A stretch of 63,804 nucleotides of DNA, counting the filler, from Bacteroidales bacterium (lineage in GTDB: Bacteria; Bacteroidota; Bacteroidia; Bacteroidales; CAIWKO01): the NCBI GenBank assembly GCA_035389045.1. It is 4 parts of 4 records of this genome, joined end to end, with 100 filler letters (N's around TTAATTAATTAA, not from the genome) between each part and the next. Parts side by side here need not be neighbours in the genome. Positions count along the whole stretch, not along the records: positions 18,167 to 36,202 come from DAOORA010000079.1; 3 more parts are not named here. The stretch is one strand, 5' to 3'. The position numbers and the translations under genes were made by a program. Below the pieces are notes generated by a model. That model did no database searches, was not told where the DNA came from, and was given only the letters and a program-made list of their open reading frames with translations. Positions 19,922-29,736 of the stretch are shown one piece after another (positions within the stretch are counted from its first letter, which is position 1; each line of letters opens with the position of its first letter).

Positions 19922-21259
19922 ATGAATCAACACTACCCTCAAATCAATGCCAGCGAAAAAATCAATATTTTTTGGTTTCGCAGGGATCTCCGGATTGAGG
20001 ATAATGCAGGGCTTTTTCAAGCTTTGTCAGCACCGGCAAAAGTGCTTCCTGTCTTTATATTTGATACGGTTCCTGCTGAAAGTCCAGATAATAGTGAAGA
20101 TCCCAGGGTTTTATTCATACTGAATGCACTGAAAGCCATTGATACCAAACTGAGGCAACAGGGATCATCTGTTCTCATCCTTATCGGGAAGCCTCTGGAA
20201 ATCTTCAGGAAATTAAATGGCATGCTCAGTATCCATGACGTTTACGCTAATGAAGATTATGAACCCTACGCTATAAAAAGGGATGCGGAGATAACCGCAT
20301 TTCTTGCCACAAAGGGAATTACATTCCACTTGTTTAAAGACCAGGTAATTTTCGAAAAAAATGAGGTTGTCAAATCAGACGGAAAGCCATATACGGTATT
20401 TACTCCCTACAGCATTGCATGGAAGAAACGGTTATTATCGTATCCGGAAATAATATACGATTCCTCCCTGCTCAGCTCAAACTTACTGCGATTAAATCCT
20501 TCCCATGCTATTAATCCGCTTCTGAATAAAAAAGGCATACAGAATTATTGTGCCAGTCCGGACATACCTTACGACATCATAAAAACATACGACCAGACAA
20601 GAAATTTTCCGTCGTTGGAAGGCACCTCCAGGCTCAGTCCTCATTTAAGATTCGGTACCATCAGCATCAGGAAACTAGTGAGGACGGCAGCAGAAACGAA
20701 CAATATTTGGCTGAACGAACTTATATGGAGGGAATTCTTCATGATGATCCTCTGGCATTTCCCGGCTGTTGTGGTGAACAGTTTCAAATCAAAATACGAT
20801 GCTATTCACTGGCGTAATAATGAAGATGATTTCGGACGCTGGTGCCGGGGCGAAACGGGATACCCTATGGTGGATGCCGGGATGCGGGAGCTTAACGCAA
20901 CGGGATGGATGCACAACCGGGTAAGGATGATAACAGCGGGTTTCCTCGTTAAACATCTGCTGATTGACTGGCGGTGGGGCGAGGCCTATTTTGCAGAAAA
21001 ACTCCTCGATTACGAGCTGTCGTCGAATAACGGCAACTGGCAATGGGCAGCAGGATGCGGCTGTGACGCCGCCCCGTATTTCAGAATATTCAACCCTCAG
21101 GAGCAAATGCGCAAGTTCGACCCGGATCACTTATACATAAAAAAATGGGTGCCGGAATACGGGACACCACGATATGCCTCACCAATAGTCGAGCATGACT
21201 TTGCGCGCAAACGGGCGATTGAGGTTTATAAAACTGCAGTCGGAGCACGCCTTGGATAG
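19922..21259 (+). CDS. phrB: Deoxyribodipyrimidine photolyase (photolyase/cryptochrome family)
   Basis: WFRRDLRIEDN, TSRLSPHLRFGTIS, GYPMVDAGMREL..TGWMHNRVRM and NNGNWQW. Confidence 0.95.
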   Translation: MNQHYPQINASEKINIFWFRRDLRIEDNAGLFQALSAPAKVLPVFIFDTVPAESPDNSEDPRVLFILNALKAIDTKLRQQGSSVLILIGKPLEIFRKLNGMLSIHDVYANEDYEPYAIKRDAEITAFLATKGITFHLFKDQVIFEKNEVVKSDGKPYTVFTPYSIAWKKRLLSYPEIIYDSSLLSSNLLRLNPSHAINPLLNKKGIQNYCASPDIPYDIIKTYDQTRNFPSLEGTSRLSPHLRFGTISIRKLVRTAAETNNIWLNELIWREFFMMILWHFPAVVVNSFKSKYDAIHWRNNEDDFGRWCRGETGYPMVDAGMRELNATGWMHNRVRMITAGFLVKHLLIDWRWGEAYFAEKLLDYELSSNNGNWQWAAGCGCDAAPYFRIFNPQEQMRKFDPDHLYIKKWVPEYGTPRYASPIVEHDFARKRAIEVYKTAVGARLG

Positions 21260-21589
21260 TATTCGTTACTGTCGGTGATTCTTCGGACAGTTCTTTATGC
21301 GTAAGGGCAAATTGTTTTAGCGCTATAAAAACACGAACTTTTACAATATTTACCAGCGCCGTTTTTTTTTATAACACCTGAAAGTGTGCCTACCCACTGC
21401 TCAGTAAAAGCATGAGGCAAATAACGTCTTCCAACCTTTTTTCTGAGGTTTCATTATGCAACGTCGAAGTTTTACGCCTTTTTTCAGTATTTTTGAGGTT
21501 TCAATCTACAACCTCAAAGTTCCCCATTCATGGCTGGCAAGCTGAAATACAAAGTCCTCCGGAAAATGGCAAGGTCATAGGGTGAGTTT

Positions 21590-21626
21590 TTACTTATCTG
21601 ATGACTTGAAGTCATCAGATAAGTAA
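21590..21626. repeat. Perfect 17-bp-stem hairpin between convergent genes (REP-like or bidirectional terminator)
   Basis: TTACTTATCTGATGACT-TGA-AGTCATCAGATAAGTAA. Confidence 0.7.
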
Positions 21627-21690
21627 TACCTGGCTGATTACAATCAGTGCCGGCATTGCAGGCATTCAAACAGCAAGTGGTATGTAAAAA

Positions 21691-23193
21691 CTATGAAATA
21701 TCTTTCAGCACCTCAAGCAGCAGGTCATAACATTTCTGCACAGTATGAATCTCTATCTTTTCACCGGGAGCATGAACACCTAGCAACGTCGGGCCGAAAG
21801 AGATCATATCCATACCGGGATATTTTTCACCGATCAGTCCACATTCAAGGCCGGCATGTATGGCCTTAACCAGGGGATCGGAGCCAAATAGCTTTTTATA
21901 GGATTTTTTCGATACGGTCAGCATCTTAGAGTTCAGGTTTGGCTTCCATCCGGGATAGCCGGAGGCATGAGATATTTTAACTCCCTTATGCTGGAATGCA
22001 CAGTCCACCATGTCCACCATATCCTGTTTTGCCGATTCTACCGAACTGCGCTGGCTGGTGGCAATCTTAATCTCATTGTCTTTCAATAATGGAATTTCCT
22101 TGTCGTCGGATTCATCTTTTTTGTCGCCTTTCATTTTCACGGAGGCCAGATTAGTTGAGGTCTGCACCAGGCCCTGTATATCCGGACTCATCGTGATAAC
22201 ACCATGCGGACAGGCATACAGGCAATTCAGCAACGTCTGCTGTGTTTTGACATCAAGAACATGGGGTGGCTTTTTGGCAGCAATGCAGGTAATATTGAGT
22301 TTTGGCTCGTTAGTCTGATATTCAACTTTTATATCACTTGCAAGTTTATTAAAATAGACAGCAAAATCCTTAGATTTATCTTTAGGAATCAGGCATATGC
22401 TTTTTCCTTCGCGGGCAATGGCATTGCGCAGGTTTCCGGCTTTGATATAGGCTATTCTTGCTTCGAATTTATTGGATAGATTCCATAAGATACGGTTCAG
22501 CAGTTTTACAGCATTGCCCCTGTTTTTGTTGATGTCTTCGCCGGAATGTCCTCCCTGTAGATCGCAGACATTGATTAGAAATGCCTCGTATCTGGCCGGC
22601 ACCGGCTCTTTCCTGTACAGAAAACGTGCTACCGTATCGCCGCCGCCGGCACAGCCAATAGTAAATTCGCCGTCTTCCTCCGAGTCGAGGTTGATCAGCA
22701 TACGGCTTTTCAGAAAATCAGATTTTAATGAAAAAGCGCCTTTCAGCCCGGTTTCTTCATCAACTGTGAACAAACATTCAATCGGCCCATGCTCTATGTC
22801 TTTTGCTGCCAGGACAGCCATCTGCATGGCCACACCTATGCCGTTGTCGGCACCCAGCGTCGTTTCCTTTGCTATGAGCCAGCCTTTTTCGATAACAGCC
22901 TTGATGGGGTCTTTTTCGAAATCATGTTTAATATTGGAATTTTTTTCGCAGACCATATCCACATGGCTTTGCAGTACAACCGAAGGCCGTTTTTCCTTAC
23001 CCTTGGTCGCAGGTTTGCGGATTAACACATTACCCACTTCATCAACCAGAGTTTCCAACTTCAGCTTATCTCCGAAGGATTTAAGGTAAGCGGTTATCTT
23101 TTGCTCTTTGCCCGAAGGCCTTGGTATCTGCATTATTTCATCGAAATAGCCCCATACAGATTTGGGTTTCAGTTTTAGGATTTCCTGGTTCAT
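21691..23193 (-). CDS. pepD: Aminoacyl-histidine dipeptidase (M20C)
   Basis: QSHVDMVCEK, TTLGADNGIG, DEETGL, INLDSEE, GGHSG and IHAGLECG. Confidence 0.95.
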   Translation of the reverse strand: MNQEILKLKPKSVWGYFDEIMQIPRPSGKEQKITAYLKSFGDKLKLETLVDEVGNVLIRKPATKGKEKRPSVVLQSHVDMVCEKNSNIKHDFEKDPIKAVIEKGWLIAKETTLGADNGIGVAMQMAVLAAKDIEHGPIECLFTVDEETGLKGAFSLKSDFLKSRMLINLDSEEDGEFTIGCAGGGDTVARFLYRKEPVPARYEAFLINVCDLQGGHSGEDINKNRGNAVKLLNRILWNLSNKFEARIAYIKAGNLRNAIAREGKSICLIPKDKSKDFAVYFNKLASDIKVEYQTNEPKLNITCIAAKKPPHVLDVKTQQTLLNCLYACPHGVITMSPDIQGLVQTSTNLASVKMKGDKKDESDDKEIPLLKDNEIKIATSQRSSVESAKQDMVDMVDCAFQHKGVKISHASGYPGWKPNLNSKMLTVSKKSYKKLFGSDPLVKAIHAGLECGLIGEKYPGMDMISFGPTLLGVHAPGEKIEIHTVQKCYDLLLEVLKDIS

Positions 23194-23228
23194 ATTATTA
23201 AAATTTAAGAATTAGTTATTATTAAGGA

Positions 23229-23255
23229 TGGGACATTTCGTGAAATGTCCTTACA
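23229..23255. repeat. Single REP-like hairpin between fprA and pepD
   Basis: GGACATTTC-GT-GAAATGTCC, flanked by TTAC (GTAA on the minus strand). Confidence 0.5.
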
Positions 23256-23272
23256 ACGTATCCAACCATGGG

Positions 23273-24487
23273 TTACCCACTACATTTCATTTCCAGAACT
23301 CTGGCGGCAAAGTTTTTTCCGTATTCCCTGCAACGGGCAATATCGCCGGCAGAAGGGGTGAATTTTATGAAGATATTATCCGCAAACACTTGTAGTTTTA
23401 GCGCAGAAAGATTGGCTTCGATAATCTTTTGCGCTTCGCCGCTCCATCCATACGAACCGAAACATCCGGCCGGTTTGCCCTTGTCGCGCAGAGGGCTCAT
23501 CAATGCAAACATCGTGAAAATCTGTGGCAGCGTATTCTGATTTATGGTGCAACTGCCAATAATTATTCCGCTTGCTTCAGCAAGTTTTTCAGCCAGCACC
23601 CCGGCAGGCATTGTTTCAATATCACAAAGGTCAGCCTCAACACCTTCAACCTGTGAAACACCTTCGGCAATGCTTTCGGCAAGGATTTTGGTTTTACCGT
23701 AAGCCGACACGTAGCCTATCAATACCCTGCCATATTTCGGATAAGTAAGAGCTTCTTTTGCATATTGTTCCGACAGATCCACATAACGTTTCCAGTTATT
23801 AATGAGTAGCGGGCCGTGCCCGGTGCAGATGGCCTTAATTTCGAGCGGACGTATCTTTTCAATAGCTTTCAGCATGTATTTGCTGAACGGTTTCAGGATA
23901 ACATCATAATAATATTTGAACGCGTCATCAAAATTGCCAACCCTGTCATCATACATTTCTTCATGGCAATAGTGAGATCCGAAGGAGTCACAGGTAAAAA
24001 GAACCTTGTCTTCCAAGAGATAGGAATACATACTGTCGGGCCAGTGCAGGTTAGGTGCTCCGATAAAACGGACCTTTTTATTGCCCAGATCAAGCATATC
24101 GCCGTCTTTGACCACGATATGAGGAAAATCCATATTCATGAGATCGGCCATATACCTGATCACGTTGCCGGTGCCCACTATTTTAGCCTTAGGGGCAATT
24201 TTCATCAGCCTGATGGCATTTCCCGAATGGTCGGGTTCCGTATGATTCATGATAATGTATTCGATTTCAGCAGGATCTACCACCCTCCTGAGCTTTTCAA
24301 GGTAAACATCCCAGAATTTCTCTTTGGTTGTTTCAACAACAGCTTTCTTTTCCGCATTGATAAAAAAAGAATTGTAAGTTGCGCCGTATTTTGTTTCCAT
24401 CACGATATCAAAGGTACGGATATCGGGATCCAGAACGCCGATCCATTCCACATCGTCAGTGATTTTCAGTATTTTGTCATCTTTCAT
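23273..24487 (-). CDS. fprA: FprA family flavodiiron protein
   Basis: HTEPDHSG, LHWPDSM, FTCDSFG and TGHGP; flavodoxin domain with SAYGKT and FGSYGWSGE. Confidence 0.93.
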   Translation of the reverse strand: MKDDKILKITDDVEWIGVLDPDIRTFDIVMETKYGATYNSFFINAEKKAVVETTKEKFWDVYLEKLRRVVDPAEIEYIIMNHTEPDHSGNAIRLMKIAPKAKIVGTGNVIRYMADLMNMDFPHIVVKDGDMLDLGNKKVRFIGAPNLHWPDSMYSYLLEDKVLFTCDSFGSHYCHEEMYDDRVGNFDDAFKYYYDVILKPFSKYMLKAIEKIRPLEIKAICTGHGPLLINNWKRYVDLSEQYAKEALTYPKYGRVLIGYVSAYGKTKILAESIAEGVSQVEGVEADLCDIETMPAGVLAEKLAEASGIIIGSCTINQNTLPQIFTMFALMSPLRDKGKPAGCFGSYGWSGEAQKIIEANLSALKLQVFADNIFIKFTPSAGDIARCREYGKNFAARVLEMKCSG

Positions 24488-24511
24488 AATAGGTATTCAT
24501 ATGTTTAATGA

Positions 24512-27385
24512 TTAGAACTCAAATTCAATCTGTATAGCGCCCGGAAAGCCATTATTGCCTTTTGATTTCTTAGGTGCTTTTTTCTCTTTTACGTTTTTTT
24601 TAATTGGAGGGGTGGTCAGATCTTCTGTTCCCTTTGAGCTTTCAGGTTCTCCGGGCTTTTCTTTTATTGATTTTGGTTGTGTAGCGTCTGGCTTATCCTT
24701 AGTGTCGTCCGGTTTTTCAAACTCTTTCTGAACAGAAATATCAAAGAGATTAATACTGTTGCTCATCTCACCGTCTTCTGATTTTTCTTCATTTACTTGC
24801 TCTGCAGCCTTTTGTTCAACCTGAGGTACTGGCTCTTCCGGAGGGGTCTCAGGGATTATCGGGATTATTTTGAGTATCGTATTATTGGATAATCGTTTCC
24901 CCTTGGCCTTATAACTTTTAACTCCAATAAATTCAACCAGGTTAATGGTTTCAGACGGTTTGCTGCGGGCTGTTTTGACCTCATAGATAAGTTCGACCGA
25001 AGGATTGGGCTCGGGCATAAATTCAATCATATAAGACCCGGGGGTTTCACTGATGAAGTAAGACTTTTTGTCAGTCATTTCCAAATTAAAACGTTTGACG
25101 AAAGAAAATCCGTGTTCTCCGTCGAAATAGATCACGGTATAGACTCGCTCAGGGTCGTATTTTTCAATCCTGAAAAGGTCTTCATCAAAATGTATGGCCA
25201 GGTCGTTATTATAAATTTTAAACTGTCCCGATTTCATGAATGTAATGATCTTGTCTTCGGGTTCAAAGGCTCCGAGCAGTCGTCCCCGCTGTTCGGTATT
25301 GAGACGGTTAACGCTGTCGTCGAACCAGACATCGCGTGCGCTGAGTGTCGACACACCGGAATCCTTAAGAGATATCTTCCGCACAGGGTTTTTGGAAAGG
25401 ATATTACCGATAGAACCTCTGCCTTTTATAGCGAGGGTGCTGAAATCGAAATCAAAAGAAAGTATTTTAAGCCGGGGCTTGGGCCTCAGGCTCACATTGA
25501 TTATTTCCGCTTCTCCGTTGGGATTGGCGGTAAAATAAAGCACTTTGGAATCGGGTTTCCCTTTGGTAAGTATATACTCTTTATCGCGGTTGATGCCGGA
25601 AACGGCGAAACGTTTTACCATGGCCGGGCCTGCCTTTCCATCCCTGTATACCATATTATAAATGGTACGTTCGTCAAACCTCTTATATACCGCAGCATAA
25701 ATGATATTCTTCCCCACAAAAACCTTGTCGGCCACCTTGGTCAGCATAAAGGTTCCGTCTTCTCTAAACGTCAGTATATCATCAATATCCGAACAATCAC
25801 ATAAATACTCGTCTCTCTTCATGCCCGTACCGATAAAGCCTTCATCTCGGTTGATGTATAATTTATGGTTGGCCATAGCCACCATGGTAGCCTGTATCAC
25901 ATCAAAGTTCTTTATTTCAGTTCTTCGCTCCCGGCCTTTGCTGTACTTCATTTTGATGCGTTCGTAATACGTGATGGCATATTCGACCAGATGGTCAAGG
26001 TCATATTCCACCTGTTCAATGTCATCCTTTAAAGAACTGATTATGTCTTCGGCTTTATCGGAATTATATTTGGAAATACGGTCGATAGGGATTTTGCGCA
26101 GACGGTGAATATCATCAATGGTCACCTTGCGGATGAACAATTTTGCAAAGGGTTTCAGGCCTTTTTCAATAGTATCGTCAATATCTTTATCTGTTTTGGA
26201 TTTGCGAATAAGCTGATAGATCTCCTTTTCGATAAAAATACGTTCCAGGGTGGCAAAATGAAGCTGTTCAAGGCATTCAGCCTTTTCGATTTCGAGTTCT
26301 CTCTGAAGCAGATCGAGGGTATGCTGAACCGATTTTTCGAGTATTTCATGAACCGTGATAAACCGTGGCTTTTGGTCTTCAATAATGCAGCATATCGGCG
26401 AAACGCTGGTTTCGCAGGCCGTAAAAGCATATAAGGCATCAATAGTAGTATCGGGAGAAACCCCGGGGGCAAGATGAATCATTATTTCGACTTTTGCGGC
26501 TGTGTTATCCTCAATTTTGCGGATTTTGATCTTGCCTTTATCATTGGCGGCCACAATGCTATCGATCAGAGAGCCTGTGGTAGTTCCATAAGGAATTTCA
26601 TTGATGATCAGGGTTTTCTTGTCTTCCTGAGAGATTTTTGCTCTTATTCGTACCTTTCCGCCCCGGGCGCCATCGTTGTATTTTGAGACATCCACCATCC
26701 CTCCGGTCGGAAAATCAGGAAGTAATTCATATTCTTCGTTTTTGAGATGTTTTATGCAGGCGTCAATGATCTCAATGAAATTATGCGGTAATATTTTTGA
26801 AGACAAACCGACACCAATGCCTTCGACACCCTGTGCAAGCAACAAGGGGAATTTTACAGGCAGTGTTACCGGTTCTCTGTTTCTTCCGTCGTATGAATTC
26901 TGCCAGATAGTGGTTTTCGGATTAAATGCTACTTCAAGGGCAAATTTTGATAAACGTGCCTCAATATATCGTGGCGCTGCAGCACTGTCGCCGGTAAGTA
27001 TATTGCCCCAGTTTCCCTGGGTATCAATCAGCAGTTCTTTTTGTCCGAGTATTACCAGGGCTTCGCCGATGGATGCATCACCATGAGGATGATATTTCAT
27101 GGTGTTTCCGATGATATTGGCCGCTTTGTTGAAGCGCCCGTCATCAAGTTCCTTCAATGAATGCAATATGCGTCGCTGAACAGGTTTCAGCCCGTCGAGT
27201 ATGTCCGGAACAGCACGATCGAGGTTGACGTATGAAGCATAATCCAGAAACCAGTTCTTATACATGCCTGTAAGGTGCATAGTCTTGAACTGCACCGGTA
27301 CACCGCCCTGATTTTCGTCCTGATTATCTCCATGATTATCAGGCGGGGTTTCATCTTCACTGTTTTTCAGTTTTTCGTCATCCAT
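24512..27385 (-). CDS. parC: DNA topoisomerase IV subunit A (Bacteroidota type)
   Basis: DGLKPVQRRIL, YHPHGDASI and AAAPRYIEARL (catalytic Tyr); acidic/basic disordered tail. Confidence 0.92.
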   Translation of the reverse strand: MDDEKLKNSEDETPPDNHGDNQDENQGGVPVQFKTMHLTGMYKNWFLDYASYVNLDRAVPDILDGLKPVQRRILHSLKELDDGRFNKAANIIGNTMKYHPHGDASIGEALVILGQKELLIDTQGNWGNILTGDSAAAPRYIEARLSKFALEVAFNPKTTIWQNSYDGRNREPVTLPVKFPLLLAQGVEGIGVGLSSKILPHNFIEIIDACIKHLKNEEYELLPDFPTGGMVDVSKYNDGARGGKVRIRAKISQEDKKTLIINEIPYGTTTGSLIDSIVAANDKGKIKIRKIEDNTAAKVEIMIHLAPGVSPDTTIDALYAFTACETSVSPICCIIEDQKPRFITVHEILEKSVQHTLDLLQRELEIEKAECLEQLHFATLERIFIEKEIYQLIRKSKTDKDIDDTIEKGLKPFAKLFIRKVTIDDIHRLRKIPIDRISKYNSDKAEDIISSLKDDIEQVEYDLDHLVEYAITYYERIKMKYSKGRERRTEIKNFDVIQATMVAMANHKLYINRDEGFIGTGMKRDEYLCDCSDIDDILTFREDGTFMLTKVADKVFVGKNIIYAAVYKRFDERTIYNMVYRDGKAGPAMVKRFAVSGINRDKEYILTKGKPDSKVLYFTANPNGEAEIINVSLRPKPRLKILSFDFDFSTLAIKGRGSIGNILSKNPVRKISLKDSGVSTLSARDVWFDDSVNRLNTEQRGRLLGAFEPEDKIITFMKSGQFKIYNNDLAIHFDEDLFRIEKYDPERVYTVIYFDGEHGFSFVKRFNLEMTDKKSYFISETPGSYMIEFMPEPNPSVELIYEVKTARSKPSETINLVEFIGVKSYKAKGKRLSNNTILKIIPIIPETPPEEPVPQVEQKAAEQVNEEKSEDGEMSNSINLFDISVQKEFEKPDDTKDKPDATQPKSIKEKPGEPESSKGTEDLTTPPIKKNVKEKKAPKKSKGNNGFPGAIQIEFEF

Positions 27386-27399
27386 AATTTACTGCGGTA

Positions 27400-29448
27400 T
27401 CATTTCCATAAACGCAAAAGTAAGACTTCTGAAGCAAGAAACAGCAATGCCAGTAATACAAAAGTTTTCCACAATTTCCTCCCCTGGCTCAATTCAGTTA
27501 CAACATCTGTCAGCGATTTTGCTTTTCCTGAAAGAAGTGCTGTATTCTTTAAATTGTTTTTGTCAATGATATTCTTTATTTCATCAGCAGAATAGCTTTT
27601 CATATCTGATTCTGCCTTATCATAATTAAAGGCAAAACCAGTAATATCCTCTCCTCCGTTGGTCAGGGTATAATTTCCGTTGTTCCGCACCTGGTTATGC
27701 AACACCAGTGATATCCGCCCATAATAATTCTGTAGCTGAGGGATGATCTCGTTGCTGCCATCCGAACTTTTCAACTTCAGGACCAAATCTTTTTCTGAAC
27801 CCATGGCAGCAGGCACCTCCACCATATCGTCCCTGCCAATGACATAATACAGCGCGGGCTGAAGGCGGCTCATCATCGCAATTTTATATAGCGTAGGAAC
27901 AAAAAGAGCATGTTTGGGAAAGCTGCTGAATTCGGTTTGCAAGGGAACCGACAAAAGAAAAACCTTCCCCATGCCACAGTCCTGAATGGTTAAAAAAGGA
28001 TCGCCGTTCTGAAGTTTCATCAGATGATCCTGCACCGACCGGCTGATACGGCTAACAGAATAATACGAAGTCACCAGGGGCATATCCATATTCTCCGGCA
28101 CACTCTCGAAGACATCGGAATATACAGGATTGTTAAAATTCACATATGCAATTTTCTGAGACACTTTATTCAGTGCAATATAACAGTTTGATCCTAAGGC
28201 TGTTAAAAACTTTTTATAATGCTCCATATCTATTTTGGGAGCGGGAATAACCAATAAATGCCCTCCATTGCCTACAAATTTCTGAAGTTCCTGAGACAGT
28301 CCCGAAGATAATTCCGATAGTTCATTCATGATGATCAGGTTACAGGAGGCCAGCATATTATAATCGACCTGGTTGACCGAGACATTCCTGAACAAAAATG
28401 CCGAATCCTCAGCCAAAAGAGAATTCAGGTATTTATTGCTTTGAGCGCCATTGATGCACAACACCGGCACCGACGACTGAATGTCATAGGAAAAAAAGAA
28501 TTTATCATCAAAACTTACAGGACTGTCCATTATTTCGAGCACACCGCTGTGTATGCCCGGCTCTTTGTCAATGTAAGTAATTACCGTGCCTGCACTGCTG
28601 CCTGGAGCAATATCAAAACTGCTGACCGCCTTCTGTACTTTGTTAATAATGAGTTTGAGGGGCACTTTTTCGACCATTTCTTCCGCATTATTTTTTACGG
28701 AAACATAGAGTTTGACCTTTTGGCCCGAAAGGTGGACAGGCGATTCAAACCAGCAGGAATCAATGCTCAGATTGTTTGTTTTATTGGGTTTAACCGGGAC
28801 CAGGTAATAAGCATTTGCTGTATCGGGATTGATTTGAGCCAAAGCTGTTGTCGATCGCTGAAAATCGGAAATTATATAGGCCATATGGGTACTTCCCTGC
28901 ATTTCGCTGAAGCTTTCGGATTGCCGCCGGATAACATCGGGCAGGCTCCGCCGCACGGGGCTGAAATCCACATCACGGACCAACGCTACAAATTCCTCAC
29001 GGCTGACAAACTGAAGGTGGCGTGCTTCAAAATCGTTGGTCAGCAACTGAAAATGATCGCCACTGCGATAAGCAGACGCTATTTCAACAGCCTTTGCCCT
29101 GGCTTCTTCGAGCAGGTTTCCTTTACTGCCGGCGGCCTGCATACTGTATGAATTATCGAGGTAAACACTGATATAGTTAACAGACTTGGGGTTGATGACT
29201 TGTTTTGCTACCGGTATATAAGGCTGGGCAAAAGCAAATACAAGAGCTGCAATGGCCAGAATGCGGAGTGCCAGGATGATCAAGTGTCGTAACTGTGATT
29301 TCTTTTTGGTTTCCTGTTTTACTTCTTTAAGATAGCGGACATTGGTAAAAAAAACTTTTTTATATCTGCGAAAGTTGAACAGGTGAATTATAATCGGAAG
29401 AGCTACAGCAAACAGCCCAAACAGGAAGTATGGATTTAAAAATGACAT
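27400..29448 (-). CDS. BatA N-terminal domain / vWA-like membrane protein
   Basis: MSFLNP..LPIIIHLFNFRR, LRILAI..FAQP, YLDNSYSM and C-terminal TM LWK..LALLFL.SEVLL. Confidence 0.85.
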   Translation of the reverse strand: MSFLNPYFLFGLFAVALPIIIHLFNFRRYKKVFFTNVRYLKEVKQETKKKSQLRHLIILALRILAIAALVFAFAQPYIPVAKQVINPKSVNYISVYLDNSYSMQAAGSKGNLLEEARAKAVEIASAYRSGDHFQLLTNDFEARHLQFVSREEFVALVRDVDFSPVRRSLPDVIRRQSESFSEMQGSTHMAYIISDFQRSTTALAQINPDTANAYYLVPVKPNKTNNLSIDSCWFESPVHLSGQKVKLYVSVKNNAEEMVEKVPLKLIINKVQKAVSSFDIAPGSSAGTVITYIDKEPGIHSGVLEIMDSPVSFDDKFFFSYDIQSSVPVLCINGAQSNKYLNSLLAEDSAFLFRNVSVNQVDYNMLASCNLIIMNELSELSSGLSQELQKFVGNGGHLLVIPAPKIDMEHYKKFLTALGSNCYIALNKVSQKIAYVNFNNPVYSDVFESVPENMDMPLVTSYYSVSRISRSVQDHLMKLQNGDPFLTIQDCGMGKVFLLSVPLQTEFSSFPKHALFVPTLYKIAMMSRLQPALYYVIGRDDMVEVPAAMGSEKDLVLKLKSSDGSNEIIPQLQNYYGRISLVLHNQVRNNGNYTLTNGGEDITGFAFNYDKAESDMKSYSADEIKNIIDKNNLKNTALLSGKAKSLTDVVTELSQGRKLWKTFVLLALLFLASEVLLLRLWK

Positions 29449-29575
29449 ATATTAAATAAAAGGCAAATTTACACAAAAAACTGATACCATATGCAAATCA
29501 TGAAGCCGGCAGTAATACGTAATTTTTGTGTTGCGGGTTTATGCCAGTCCGGGTGTGATGATATCGCAGACTCTT

Positions 29576-29736
29576 AGAAATTGTTTTGATTTTATCTTTT
29601 CATATCTTTATGCGTCTTTTTTGCCGCAACTTCGTTAGATTTTTCGACATAGGATAAACTATGTCTGCAAAATCTGCCTCGTTTCGCTAAAAAATCCATC
29701 ATAAATCTTATGTAACATAAAATCAAAACAGTTTCT
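29576..29736. mobile_element. MITE-like element with 19-bp terminal inverted repeats
   Basis: AGAAATTGTTTTGATTTTA and TAAAATCAAAACAGTTTCT (18/19 match). The first ~49 bp recur identically at 53472-53520. Confidence 0.8.

Noticed and set aside
22010..29151. Long antisense ORFs (for example 22472-23089, 23816-24508, 25112-25804, 28441-29151)
   Set aside because: They are shadows of well-supported genes on the opposite strand and have no motifs of their own.
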